From positions 138,738 to 202,737 of IMG/VR virus record IMGVR_UViG_3300034069_002177: a stretch of DNA of 64,000 bases. One strand, written 5' to 3'. The number at the start of each line of letters is the position of its first letter. Position 1 is the first letter of the stretch. Both the position numbers and the translations under genes were made by a program. The DNA is from a virus (Duplodnaviria > Caudoviricetes). Below, piece after piece: positions 1-7,657 of this stretch. The notes beneath the pieces are model-generated. The model was not told where the DNA came from. It saw only the letters and a list, made by a program, of their open reading frames with translations, and made no database searches.

Positions 1-282
1 GAACTGCGGTACGTCATTCCCAAGTCGGTAGCGAAGAAGCTCCAAGACTTGAAAATTCTCGCCGCGCAAGTGAGTAGAAATACCCCCGAAGATGCACCTT
101 CGAGACTAGCTAGCGCCGAGTTGGCTAGGTTGATGTTCGTTGAAAAGAGCAATGGAGCTACCTATCAAGAAATAGCCGAAGCTACCGGTTTGTCATCGTG
201 GGCTTCTGTAAAGTTCCGCCTGGGTCGTCACGGCTATATCAATCTCCCGCCGTCAATGGCGCACGAACGTATTCTCAGTTAG
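1..282 (+). CDS. Helix-turn-helix DNA-binding protein, 5'-truncated by the window edge
   Basis: Frame 1 is open from base 1 (ELRYVIPKSVAKKLQDLKIL...). HTH-like segment GATYQEIAEATGLSSWASVKFRL. Confidence 0.6.
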   Translation, partial: ELRYVIPKSVAKKLQDLKILAAQVSRNTPEDAPSRLASAELARLMFVEKSNGATYQEIAEATGLSSWASVKFRLGRHGYINLPPSMAHERILS

Positions 283-312
283 GAAGCTTTGATAGGGTGT
301 GGCAAATTTCCA

Positions 313-335
313 TGTCAGTGGGTTTGTAGTACACT
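313..335 (+). promoter_or_regulatory. Promoter; PafBC/RecA-NDp-like variant (TGTCAG-N11-TACACT)
   Basis: TGTCAG 313-318 and TACACT 330-335, a spacer one base longer than consensus. An alternative reading is TTTCCA(307-312)-17-TACACT. Confidence 0.4.
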
Positions 336-383
336 TGAATGCAGTAGGAAAGAAGCATCCTAGCGCAAATTGGAGGTGGCGAA

Positions 384-806
384 ATGGCTCAAATGAAATT
401 CGCTGTCAAGTGCCAAATGTGCAAAAACACTACTAAAGATCCTAGCGGTCTTTGCCAGCACCACCGCAATCTCAGTGGTAGCGCGGTTCGCAAGCTGACA
501 TTCGGCTCGGGTTTGACCCCCAAGCAGGAAACGCTGAAAAGTGCCGTGGTAAGTAACACCGAAGACCAGAATCTTTATCTGAGCGCAGCGAGCATCCAAA
601 ACGAGATTGTCAAGGGCATCGCTTACGAATTAGATCTCACAGACGGATACGGCGAAGAATTCGACACTCTGCAATCCGTAGAGGAAGCGGGCAAACCTAA
701 TGAAGGTCTTCTTGCATTCACAACTGTGGGCGGCGTGACAATGTACTTCTCCCCTGAGGAATTCGTAGATGTTCGTCTCGGTGATTCAGCCGTCAACGCC
801 GCTTAG
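384..806 (+). CDS. Hypothetical protein with N-terminal CCCH zinc knuckle
   Basis: GGAGG RBS at 372-376. N-terminus CQMC-x10-CQHH. Confidence 0.75.
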   Translation: MAQMKFAVKCQMCKNTTKDPSGLCQHHRNLSGSAVRKLTFGSGLTPKQETLKSAVVSNTEDQNLYLSAASIQNEIVKGIAYELDLTDGYGEEFDTLQSVEEAGKPNEGLLAFTTVGGVTMYFSPEEFVDVRLGDSAVNAA

Positions 807-1480
807 AGACCGCTAACGGCAATCGAGAAGATAGCCAATACGGGGATGATGATAAGAGCCGCGCCGAAGTACGTCATGTAGCGTCTACCAAATCGACGCG
901 GGGGCTTGCCTGCACCATTGTCAACTATCTTGACGACGCTACCGGTACGCATGAGTCGGAATTTCTCTACTTCGTTGATACCCTGTGGCTTGTATCCCAA
1001 GAGTTTGTCTGAGCGATAATCATTTTCCAAATCAAATGTGTCGATGACCGGGAATTGGTTCGGGAACCACCGGAAGAACCCTTTGACTAGCGCTACAAAA
1101 TCAGATGCAGTGTCTCGACTGTTGTCTACGAGACTCCGTACTTCGTCTTCAAACGTCTGACCATCTTCACGGGACAGAAGCATCTCCTTGACGGACTTAG
1201 GCGTCCCGTCTGGGTGAAGCGTAAGCTGTTCTTTCCACGTCCTACCCGAGACATCTTGCTTCGGTTTGCGAACGGTAGGCTCATCCCGCTGCGTTTCTAG
1301 AATAATGGAATGACCACTCCAGTGAATCTGACCTATCGTGTCGATGAAGAATGGCTGATTGGCGTAGTCGAGCTTGCCTGCCCCATTGGATGAGACAGTG
1401 ACTGTCGTGACGTTACCATCAGAGTTGTTCCTGATGGTGACTCGATCATTGGGCTGTAGTTCTGGGATGCTGAGCGGCAC
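803..1480 (-). CDS. Hypothetical protein with C-terminal membrane anchor, co-transcribed with ligA
   Basis: 225 aa, AAGGA RBS, starts 16 bp after the ligA stop. Hydrophobic C-terminus YFGAALIIIPVLAIFSIAV. Confidence 0.7.
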   Translation of the reverse strand: MPLSIPELQPNDRVTIRNNSDGNVTTVTVSSNGAGKLDYANQPFFIDTIGQIHWSGHSIILETQRDEPTVRKPKQDVSGRTWKEQLTLHPDGTPKSVKEMLLSREDGQTFEDEVRSLVDNSRDTASDFVALVKGFFRWFPNQFPVIDTFDLENDYRSDKLLGYKPQGINEVEKFRLMRTGSVVKIVDNGAGKPPRRFGRRYMTYFGAALIIIPVLAIFSIAVSGL

Positions 1481-1495
1481 TGTTCGTCCTTCGAC

Positions 1496-3469
1496 TTAAT
1501 CAAACAACGCACTGAGCGTGTTATCCGTATTGACTACACTATCATTTGTGTTCGGCTTAGACACCAACTCGCGAGCGGTTGCCTCAAAATCAGCGGCATC
1601 CATCACTTTGATGCCAAGCGATGCAGCCTTCTGCAATTTAGAACCGGCATCTTCACCAGCAACTACGAGGTCCGTGGTCTTGCTGACGCTTGACTGAACA
1701 TTGGCACCCAGTTTCTTAGCCTCGTCCGCAGCCTGCGTGCGACCGAACGTAGGAAACTTTCCCGTCATGACGAGGTTGAGTCCAATGAAAGGACTTGCGT
1801 TAGGTACCACAACACGCTCTGCTTCTACAGGCTTGTACCCGTATCGGACATACAGTTCACGCTCGGTACGCTCGATTCGCTCCTGAGCAGCAATGACACT
1901 CTTTGCCTTGGTACCCCCAAAGCGGGGAATTGCCAGAAGATCTTCTTCGCTTGCCTGAGCGATACCGCCGAGAGTGTGAAACCTTTCCGCAAGCTGGGTA
2001 GCAGTCGAAAGAGATGCGCGAGCAATTCCCAATGCAGCGAACCATTTGGCAACCGTTGCGCCCTTGATGGCATCCTGAATAGCCTTGACAGCCTTATTGG
2101 CGGAAACGGTACCCTGCCGGTCCAGTTCCGTAATCTGAGCAGGTGTGACACCAAGCATGTCCACGAGGTCTTTGACGATGCCTGCGGCAACAAGCTTACC
2201 TACGAGAACGGATGAAACTCCCAGAACCCCAAGCTGTCCAAGCCCATAGGTGATGATCGTGACAGGGTCGCAGCCACCTACAGAGCAAACAATGTCTTTG
2301 TTCTTGAAATAGATGGGCGATCCACAGGTGGGGCAGGCATCGGGAATGGCAATATCTACCGCATCGGGGGAGTGGTCGCCGTTTCGACCAATGACATAAG
2401 GAATAACTTCGTTGCTGCGCTGAACATCAATCGTGTCATTGATTTTGATATCCATTTCCTGAAGGAAAGTTGCATTGTGAAGTGTAGCGCGAGCTACATC
2501 AACGCCAAGCTTGATGGGTTCGAAAACTGCCACCGGAACGATGCGTCCAGTACGCCCAGTGCTCCACTCGACAGCGTGAAGAACAGTCTGCTTGACTTCG
2601 GACTTGAACTTGAAAGCGACAGCCCAGTTAGGAGACGTGGATGATTCACCGAGGGCATCCCTCGTGGGCTGATCTCCTACCTTAATGACTACACCATCGG
2701 AATCAAATCCAAAGTCCTTACGCTCTGTTTCAAGGCGGGTGATGAGAGCCATGATGGAAGCAGCATGGTCTTCCTTGACCGTTTCGAAGAAGTGTTCGAT
2801 AGAAGTGAGAAATCCCTCTTCTTCTAGCTGCCAAGTGGGCAGGTCGCCGCCGTAGGTTACGAAGTCAACGAACTCACCAATACCGGTAACGTTTTTGCGA
2901 CGAATGATTCCGGTGGCAGTGTTTCGCGGGTTCGAGTAGTCGCCACCCAGGGGCGAGTTGTTCAGCTTCTCAAAATTCTCATGAGTGACGATGACTTCAC
3001 CTCGAACTTCCGTCCGAACACGACCGGTGTCGATAGAGTCAGGCAGTTTTCCAGCGGAAATGAGTTCACGAATAGCGGGGGTGATGTCCTCCCCATAGAT
3101 GCCGTTCCCTCGCGTAACGGCGCGCTCGAAGTATCCATCGACACCATAGATGACCGATGCTGCGCCACCGTCGTACTTCAATTCAACGGTGTATTTACGA
3201 GCCTCAGAGTTCTTGACGAATTCCTCGATATCTTCGGCGGCAAAAACTTTACGAAGAGAGAGCATGCGCTCCTTATGGGCAATCTTGCCTTCAGGAACAT
3301 ACCCGTGACCGACGCCCGCTTCTTCCTCGTCCACGCCAAGTGAATCCAACTCAGCAACGATGAGATCGAACTCGTCATCTGAGATGACGGACTCGCCGGA
3401 GTAATAAGCCTGAGAGGCTTCATCTCGCTTGGCGCTCAGCGCGGCGATGCGTTCTTCTTTGTTAGTCAC
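1496..3469 (-). CDS. ligA: NAD-dependent DNA ligase
   Basis: Adenylation motif ELKYDG, TRGNGxxGED, NPRN, DGVVIK, AVAFKF, OB domain (GRTGRIVP), C4 zinc finger CPTC-x12-C-x4-C, HhH repeats, C-terminal BRCT (SVSKTTDLVVAGEDAGSKLQKA). Confidence 0.97.
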   Translation of the reverse strand: MTNKEERIAALSAKRDEASQAYYSGESVISDDEFDLIVAELDSLGVDEEEAGVGHGYVPEGKIAHKERMLSLRKVFAAEDIEEFVKNSEARKYTVELKYDGGAASVIYGVDGYFERAVTRGNGIYGEDITPAIRELISAGKLPDSIDTGRVRTEVRGEVIVTHENFEKLNNSPLGGDYSNPRNTATGIIRRKNVTGIGEFVDFVTYGGDLPTWQLEEEGFLTSIEHFFETVKEDHAASIMALITRLETERKDFGFDSDGVVIKVGDQPTRDALGESSTSPNWAVAFKFKSEVKQTVLHAVEWSTGRTGRIVPVAVFEPIKLGVDVARATLHNATFLQEMDIKINDTIDVQRSNEVIPYVIGRNGDHSPDAVDIAIPDACPTCGSPIYFKNKDIVCSVGGCDPVTIITYGLGQLGVLGVSSVLVGKLVAAGIVKDLVDMLGVTPAQITELDRQGTVSANKAVKAIQDAIKGATVAKWFAALGIARASLSTATQLAERFHTLGGIAQASEEDLLAIPRFGGTKAKSVIAAQERIERTERELYVRYGYKPVEAERVVVPNASPFIGLNLVMTGKFPTFGRTQAADEAKKLGANVQSSVSKTTDLVVAGEDAGSKLQKAASLGIKVMDAADFEATARELVSKPNTNDSVVNTDNTLSALFD

Positions 3470-3493
3470 GATTTCTTCTTTCTTCGATACGTC

Positions 3494-3522
3494 AATCTAC
3501 CACATTGAAAGGGATACCGCAA
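3494..3522 (-). promoter_or_regulatory. Housekeeping-sigma promoter of ligA
   Basis: On the - strand: TTGCGG-17 bp-TAGATT with extended -10 (TGG). Confidence 0.6.
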
Positions 3523-3616
3523 TGCAACTTAGGAAGGGTCCAGACGGACAAGTTTTCGTATTCGGAATGAGTATGCACGTTGTCGTATAGGATGAACCAC
3601 GAATACAGGAGCGTTC

Positions 3617-4396
3617 ATGAAAAGACTTGTCGGACTGGCAGCCATTACGGTTGCAACCGTTGCCTTGCTGACGGGTTGTACCGCCATTCAAAGCAAGCCC
3701 GAAGTCATCCACTACCCCACTTACCCAGAACAGAATGTTTCTGCTCCCAAGTATGACACAAAAGCCGGTAAGGCAACGAAGCAAATTAGCTACAACAGCG
3801 AGTCGGTGCAGACAAGCACGCTCATTCCTAATACCACCATCAGCCCAGATTCCATTCCTCAGGATTTGCAAGATTCCAAGGTATTTGATATCACCCCACC
3901 GGTAGAAAACCAACCATTTATTGTCAAGATCACTTACAGGAGCAACAAGGCTGGATACTTCACAGGGGTGTCATCAACAGGTGATTACACGGACACTATC
4001 AATTCATTCGATTCTCCTGGTACAAAATACGCCATTATTGGCGTGTACGGTAAGTCTCAGACTGAGGGCGTCAAGGTGTTCGGTGACGGGCAATGGACAT
4101 TAGACATCACCCCTATTTCACAGTTGCCTGTTTTCAATGGCAAGAAAATTAGTGGCACAGGAGCTAAGGCGTTTCTTGTCAACGGCAAAACCGTCAACGT
4201 CCTCATCGCGGACGATGGTGCCGGTTTCAATCTTTACTCTTATGGGTACCAGAACCGAGTTCTCGAAAGCAACAACAGCGGGTCGCAGAATCTCAATACG
4301 GCACTACCCGGTAACGGCACAATTGTGATAGTCGATTACGACAAGCCCTGGTCCATCACCAAAGCTAAGAAGGTCGTCAGTGAAGAAGCTAAGTAA
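3617..4396 (+). CDS. Lipoprotein (beta-rich), paralog of the next gene
   Basis: CAGGAG RBS, signal peptide with lipobox LLTGC, GDGQWTLDITP motif. Confidence 0.8.
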   Translation: MKRLVGLAAITVATVALLTGCTAIQSKPEVIHYPTYPEQNVSAPKYDTKAGKATKQISYNSESVQTSTLIPNTTISPDSIPQDLQDSKVFDITPPVENQPFIVKITYRSNKAGYFTGVSSTGDYTDTINSFDSPGTKYAIIGVYGKSQTEGVKVFGDGQWTLDITPISQLPVFNGKKISGTGAKAFLVNGKTVNVLIADDGAGFNLYSYGYQNRVLESNNSGSQNLNTALPGNGTIVIVDYDKPWSITKAKKVVSEEAK

Positions 4397-5132
4397 AGCC
4401 ATCGCGGCAATGATTGCCGTGTCATTTCTACTCACCGCCTGTTCAAGTAGCAAGCCGGAGCCAGTACCGACTGCCACCAAAACAGAGGCGGCAGTCGTGC
4501 GCCCCAATTACGACACTAGTGATAAAGCTTCGATTCCTTTCACCATCAATGGAACTGGCTCACGAGACATCAAAATCAACTTCCCTACTGGCTACAAGGA
4601 ACCGTCTCTAGTGACCCTAAGTAGTAATGGCGCTGTCGATGTAACAGAGCTAAACTATGACGGTGACAGTGTTGCGGATACCGTCAGTATTGATTCCGAC
4701 GAGGGTGGCTCCCAAACAGTCGCCAAATACCCCACAGCAGATACCCCCGCTCGAACTTCCAACTTCCACGTCGATGCCAAGGATGGAGTTGCATGGGCTA
4801 TCAGTGCGCAGTCATTGGGTTCCGTTCAGAAATTGTCCAGCCTCAGCGTTTCAGGTACCGAATCGCAAATCTTTATGCTCGATTCAAAGGCTAACGTTCT
4901 GGACTTCAAAACCATCGGTGATGGTTCGGCAACGGTCTACATCATTCCTCTTAAAGGCGATTCACCGGTATCGCTCGGTGGAGGTCAGGACACGGGCAAC
5001 TACAGAACGCCAGCCTCTTCATCTAACGCCAATCTTAAGAACTATGAAGGCTCGGTATTCGAGATTGTAGCGAACAACCCGGATACGCAGAGCTACCAAT
5101 TGATTTTCACACAGCAAAATCTTGACAACTAG
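4380..5132 (+). CDS. Lipoprotein (beta-rich), paralog of the previous gene
   Basis: Lipobox LLTAC, PNYDT versus PKYDT in the neighbour, DGVAWAISAQ, 17-bp overlap with the upstream gene. Confidence 0.8.
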   Translation: MKKLSKAIAAMIAVSFLLTACSSSKPEPVPTATKTEAAVVRPNYDTSDKASIPFTINGTGSRDIKINFPTGYKEPSLVTLSSNGAVDVTELNYDGDSVADTVSIDSDEGGSQTVAKYPTADTPARTSNFHVDAKDGVAWAISAQSLGSVQKLSSLSVSGTESQIFMLDSKANVLDFKTIGDGSATVYIIPLKGDSPVSLGGGQDTGNYRTPASSSNANLKNYEGSVFEIVANNPDTQSYQLIFTQQNLDN

Positions 5133-5159
5133 CACACAATTGAAGCGATTGCGTAAGAA

Positions 5160-5181
5160 TGTCAGAGGTGTTCGTTATTCT
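5160..5181 (+). promoter_or_regulatory. PafBC/RecA-NDp-type DNA-damage promoter motif
   Basis: TGTCAG(5160-5165)-N10-TATTCT(5176-5181), an exact match to TGTCRG-N10-TAnnnT, 28 bp before the next start. Confidence 0.6.
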
Positions 5182-5209
5182 TTAAACACGAACACAAGGA
5201 GTGACAATC

Positions 5210-6199
5210 GTGCCTAGCAACAAGATCGCTTGCCTCAACCCCGAGGCTCACCACACTCAGACTCATATCGCTGGTTCTGCCGCAGCTATTGCCTGCCAGC
5301 AGACCAACGGACGCAGTACGAAGATGGCTCACATCGTTGTCCCTCCGCGTCAAGTGCATAAGGGTAACAACATCGGAAACGTTTCCGTACTCACCAACAT
5401 CTCCGAGGAAGCCCTGGAGTTCTCTAAGGCGAATATCAAGCGCGAAACCCCTCGTAACGTCGCTTCTCTTATCGAGGTAGCATCAACAAGCTCTGCTCTT
5501 CGTGAACAGTTCAAAGATTTCACCCGTCCTTTCGTCAACTTGGTTCATGACGAAGACTATGCGGATGCTTACGGCGAGAACGCACTACTTCCCAACCCCC
5601 ACGATGTAGGTTTCACCTATACCGAGCCTAACGACCAGACTCAGAAGATCATTGACGCTCAAAAGGCACCTGGGTTCAACGGATTTGTTCAAGCGCTGGC
5701 TACGGAGATGGATACCGACTTCGACCAGGCAGCTTCCGCCTACAAGGTAATTGCCGGTTACTTGGGTGATGAAGACATCGCTAAGGTATATGCCGTTGGT
5801 TGCCTTCGTTCCGAATACCTTGACCGCAAGGACGAGGTTGCAGAGATCAATAAGGGCATCAAAGAACTTGAAGCTCTTTTCAATGAAGAGGTGGACGACG
5901 GAACTAAGGTCGGCAAGCACGGTATCGGTTTTGCTGACGGTGACGGCGTTCAGTTCACCCCTGCTCGTCAGTTCAACTACGATGACGCCGCTCCGCTTCC
6001 CTTGGATGACCTCGAAGGCGATGAGCGTGCTGAGGCTGTCGAATACAACAAGAATCGACTTTCTCAGGACGCCTATAAGAGCATCATTAAGTCTTGGGAG
6101 CCCAAGTATGAGCCCCTAGCTAAGATCGAGAAGACCCTAGAAAAAGAAGACTTTGACAAGTTCGTCACCTTTGGCTCGACCAAATTGACTGTCAAGTAA
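5210..6199 (+). CDS. Hypothetical protein with N-terminal Cys/His cluster (C-x5-HH-x3-H-x9-C)
   Basis: AAGGAG at 5196-5201 favours GTG 5210 over 5201. Long clean ORF followed by a terminator. Confidence 0.8.
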   Translation: MPSNKIACLNPEAHHTQTHIAGSAAAIACQQTNGRSTKMAHIVVPPRQVHKGNNIGNVSVLTNISEEALEFSKANIKRETPRNVASLIEVASTSSALREQFKDFTRPFVNLVHDEDYADAYGENALLPNPHDVGFTYTEPNDQTQKIIDAQKAPGFNGFVQALATEMDTDFDQAASAYKVIAGYLGDEDIAKVYAVGCLRSEYLDRKDEVAEINKGIKELEALFNEEVDDGTKVGKHGIGFADGDGVQFTPARQFNYDDAAPLPLDDLEGDERAEAVEYNKNRLSQDAYKSIIKSWEPKYEPLAKIEKTLEKEDFDKFVTFGSTKLTVK

Positions 6200-6207
6200 G
6201 ACCCTTC

Positions 6208-6250
6208 AACTAAATGGTCCCTGTAGAGATACAGGGACCATTTAGTTTTT
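6208..6250 (+). terminator. Intrinsic terminator
   Basis: Perfect 18-bp stem AACTAAATGGTCCCTGTA-GAGA-TACAGGGACCATTTAGTT followed by a T run. Confidence 0.85.
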
Positions 6251-6252
6251 CC

Positions 6253-6280
6253 TTGTGTTACCTGAGCGAAGTGCTACGAT
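6253..6280 (+). promoter_or_regulatory. Promoter of the conjugation genes (tcpC-like)
   Basis: TTGTGT-16 bp-TACGAT with extended -10 (TGC), directly after the terminator. Confidence 0.55.
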
Positions 6281-6311
6281 GTGCATTCAACACAAGCTGC
6301 TGAGGAAATTG

Positions 6312-7568
6312 ATGGCACAGAGAGATAACCGCGACTTTGGCGAACTCCGCGAAACCGCACCAACAGATCAAGATTTTTACCGTGCTCTAGGTGAAAAGAT
6401 GGGTCGTAGTCGATCCACTACCGGCAAGAGAGTTGCTGCTATCGGCGTGTGGGTGGTCGTCATTGCATTCTTGGCTTTAACGGTTCTGAGCGCATTCCAA
6501 GTGAATACCAACCGCAACGGAACAGTCAAGCTTCAGGGGATGATTACGACTCAGTACAACCCTTCGTTTAAAACGCGCTATTCTGATCTTGGTAAAGAAA
6601 TCATCAATAGCTGGTATGACACCAACGTCTCTCCTGCGCCAGTGCAGCTTGCTGATGGAGTATCCTGGCCGCACACGGGTACGAGCGACCTCACTGATAT
6701 CGAAGCCAACAATCAGGCAATCGCGAGCAAAGCGGACTACACCCCTTCCATCACTGTGCGTAACGTCACTTACATTGGCGGTCGTCAAGAAAAGTCGCCC
6801 ACTGTTGATGGTCAGTTCTATGAAATCGACATGTACTCGGCTTATGTCGATGGAACGCTCAGTAACATTTCCGTTACTCTTACCATCCCAAGCCTAGACG
6901 ACTACACAACCCTTCCCACTTTGATGAACGAGCCGTCTATTCTTCCTAGCACCGCTTCTGTCGGCAAGCCGACCACTAGCGATGCGCCCAACTGGCGTGG
7001 AGTTTCGGCTACTGACAATTTCACCACGCAGCTAGAGTCATGGGCTGCCGCTTACACCGCAAATGATTCATCTGCACTCAAGCAGATTACCGGTGATAAC
7101 AGTGGAAGCTTCTACGTAGGTGCTGTATCCGACAAGACGTGGCAGTACATCAAAGACTCCGCAAAGGTTGTCTGGATCAAGGAAAACAACGGAAACACCA
7201 ATGAAGCTGTTGCTCAGGTTACCTGGCAGATGAAGCTTCCCGACACTACCGTTGATGACCCCAACAGCGACGACAGCAGCGATACTATCACCCAGACTGG
7301 CGCTACTCAGACGCAGCGTCTTGAGATCCTCATCAAGAGCCCCGGTAGTGGTCTTCCGCTTATTGTTGCCTGGGGTCCAGTTGGAAGCTACGCAACTCTT
7401 ACCGAGGACACCAACAAGTTGACCCAGGACGAGTACAACGCGATCACTGGATCTGTCACTTCCGATGGCGGCTCAGACTCTGGGAGCGGTACCGATAGTG
7501 GAACTACCAGTGATAATGGAAGTACACCTGCACCGACCGATTCAAGTACCGGAAAACCTTCGGACTAA
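6312..7568 (+). CDS. Conjugation channel protein, TcpC/VirB8-like
   Basis: GAGGA RBS before ATG 6312. Short cytoplasmic N-terminus, one TM helix, two tandem alpha/beta domains, S/G/T/D tail. Sits directly before a VirB4-like ATPase. Confidence 0.6.
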   Translation: MAQRDNRDFGELRETAPTDQDFYRALGEKMGRSRSTTGKRVAAIGVWVVVIAFLALTVLSAFQVNTNRNGTVKLQGMITTQYNPSFKTRYSDLGKEIINSWYDTNVSPAPVQLADGVSWPHTGTSDLTDIEANNQAIASKADYTPSITVRNVTYIGGRQEKSPTVDGQFYEIDMYSAYVDGTLSNISVTLTIPSLDDYTTLPTLMNEPSILPSTASVGKPTTSDAPNWRGVSATDNFTTQLESWAAAYTANDSSALKQITGDNSGSFYVGAVSDKTWQYIKDSAKVVWIKENNGNTNEAVAQVTWQMKLPDTTVDDPNSDDSSDTITQTGATQTQRLEILIKSPGSGLPLIVAWGPVGSYATLTEDTNKLTQDEYNAITGSVTSDGGSDSGSGTDSGTTSDNGSTPAPTDSSTGKPSD

Positions 7569-7581
7569 CAAAACCATCCCC

Positions 7582-7609
7582 GCCCCGGCTATTGAAAGAT
7601 AGCCGGGGC
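7582..7609 (+). terminator. Stem-loop between tcpC-like and virB4-like genes
   Basis: GCCCCGGCTAT-TGAAAG-ATAGCCGGGGC (11-bp stem) with no U-tract; a weak terminator or mRNA stabiliser. Confidence 0.5.
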
Positions 7610-7657
7610 ACAAGAACCAACACAGCGAACTGCAATTAGGGTAGGATACGAGCAATT

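Noticed and set aside
5161-5174. GTTCG half-sites (also 49061-49065) as LexA boxes
   Set aside because: The partner half-site CGAAC-N4 is absent, so there is no complete actinobacterial SOS box.
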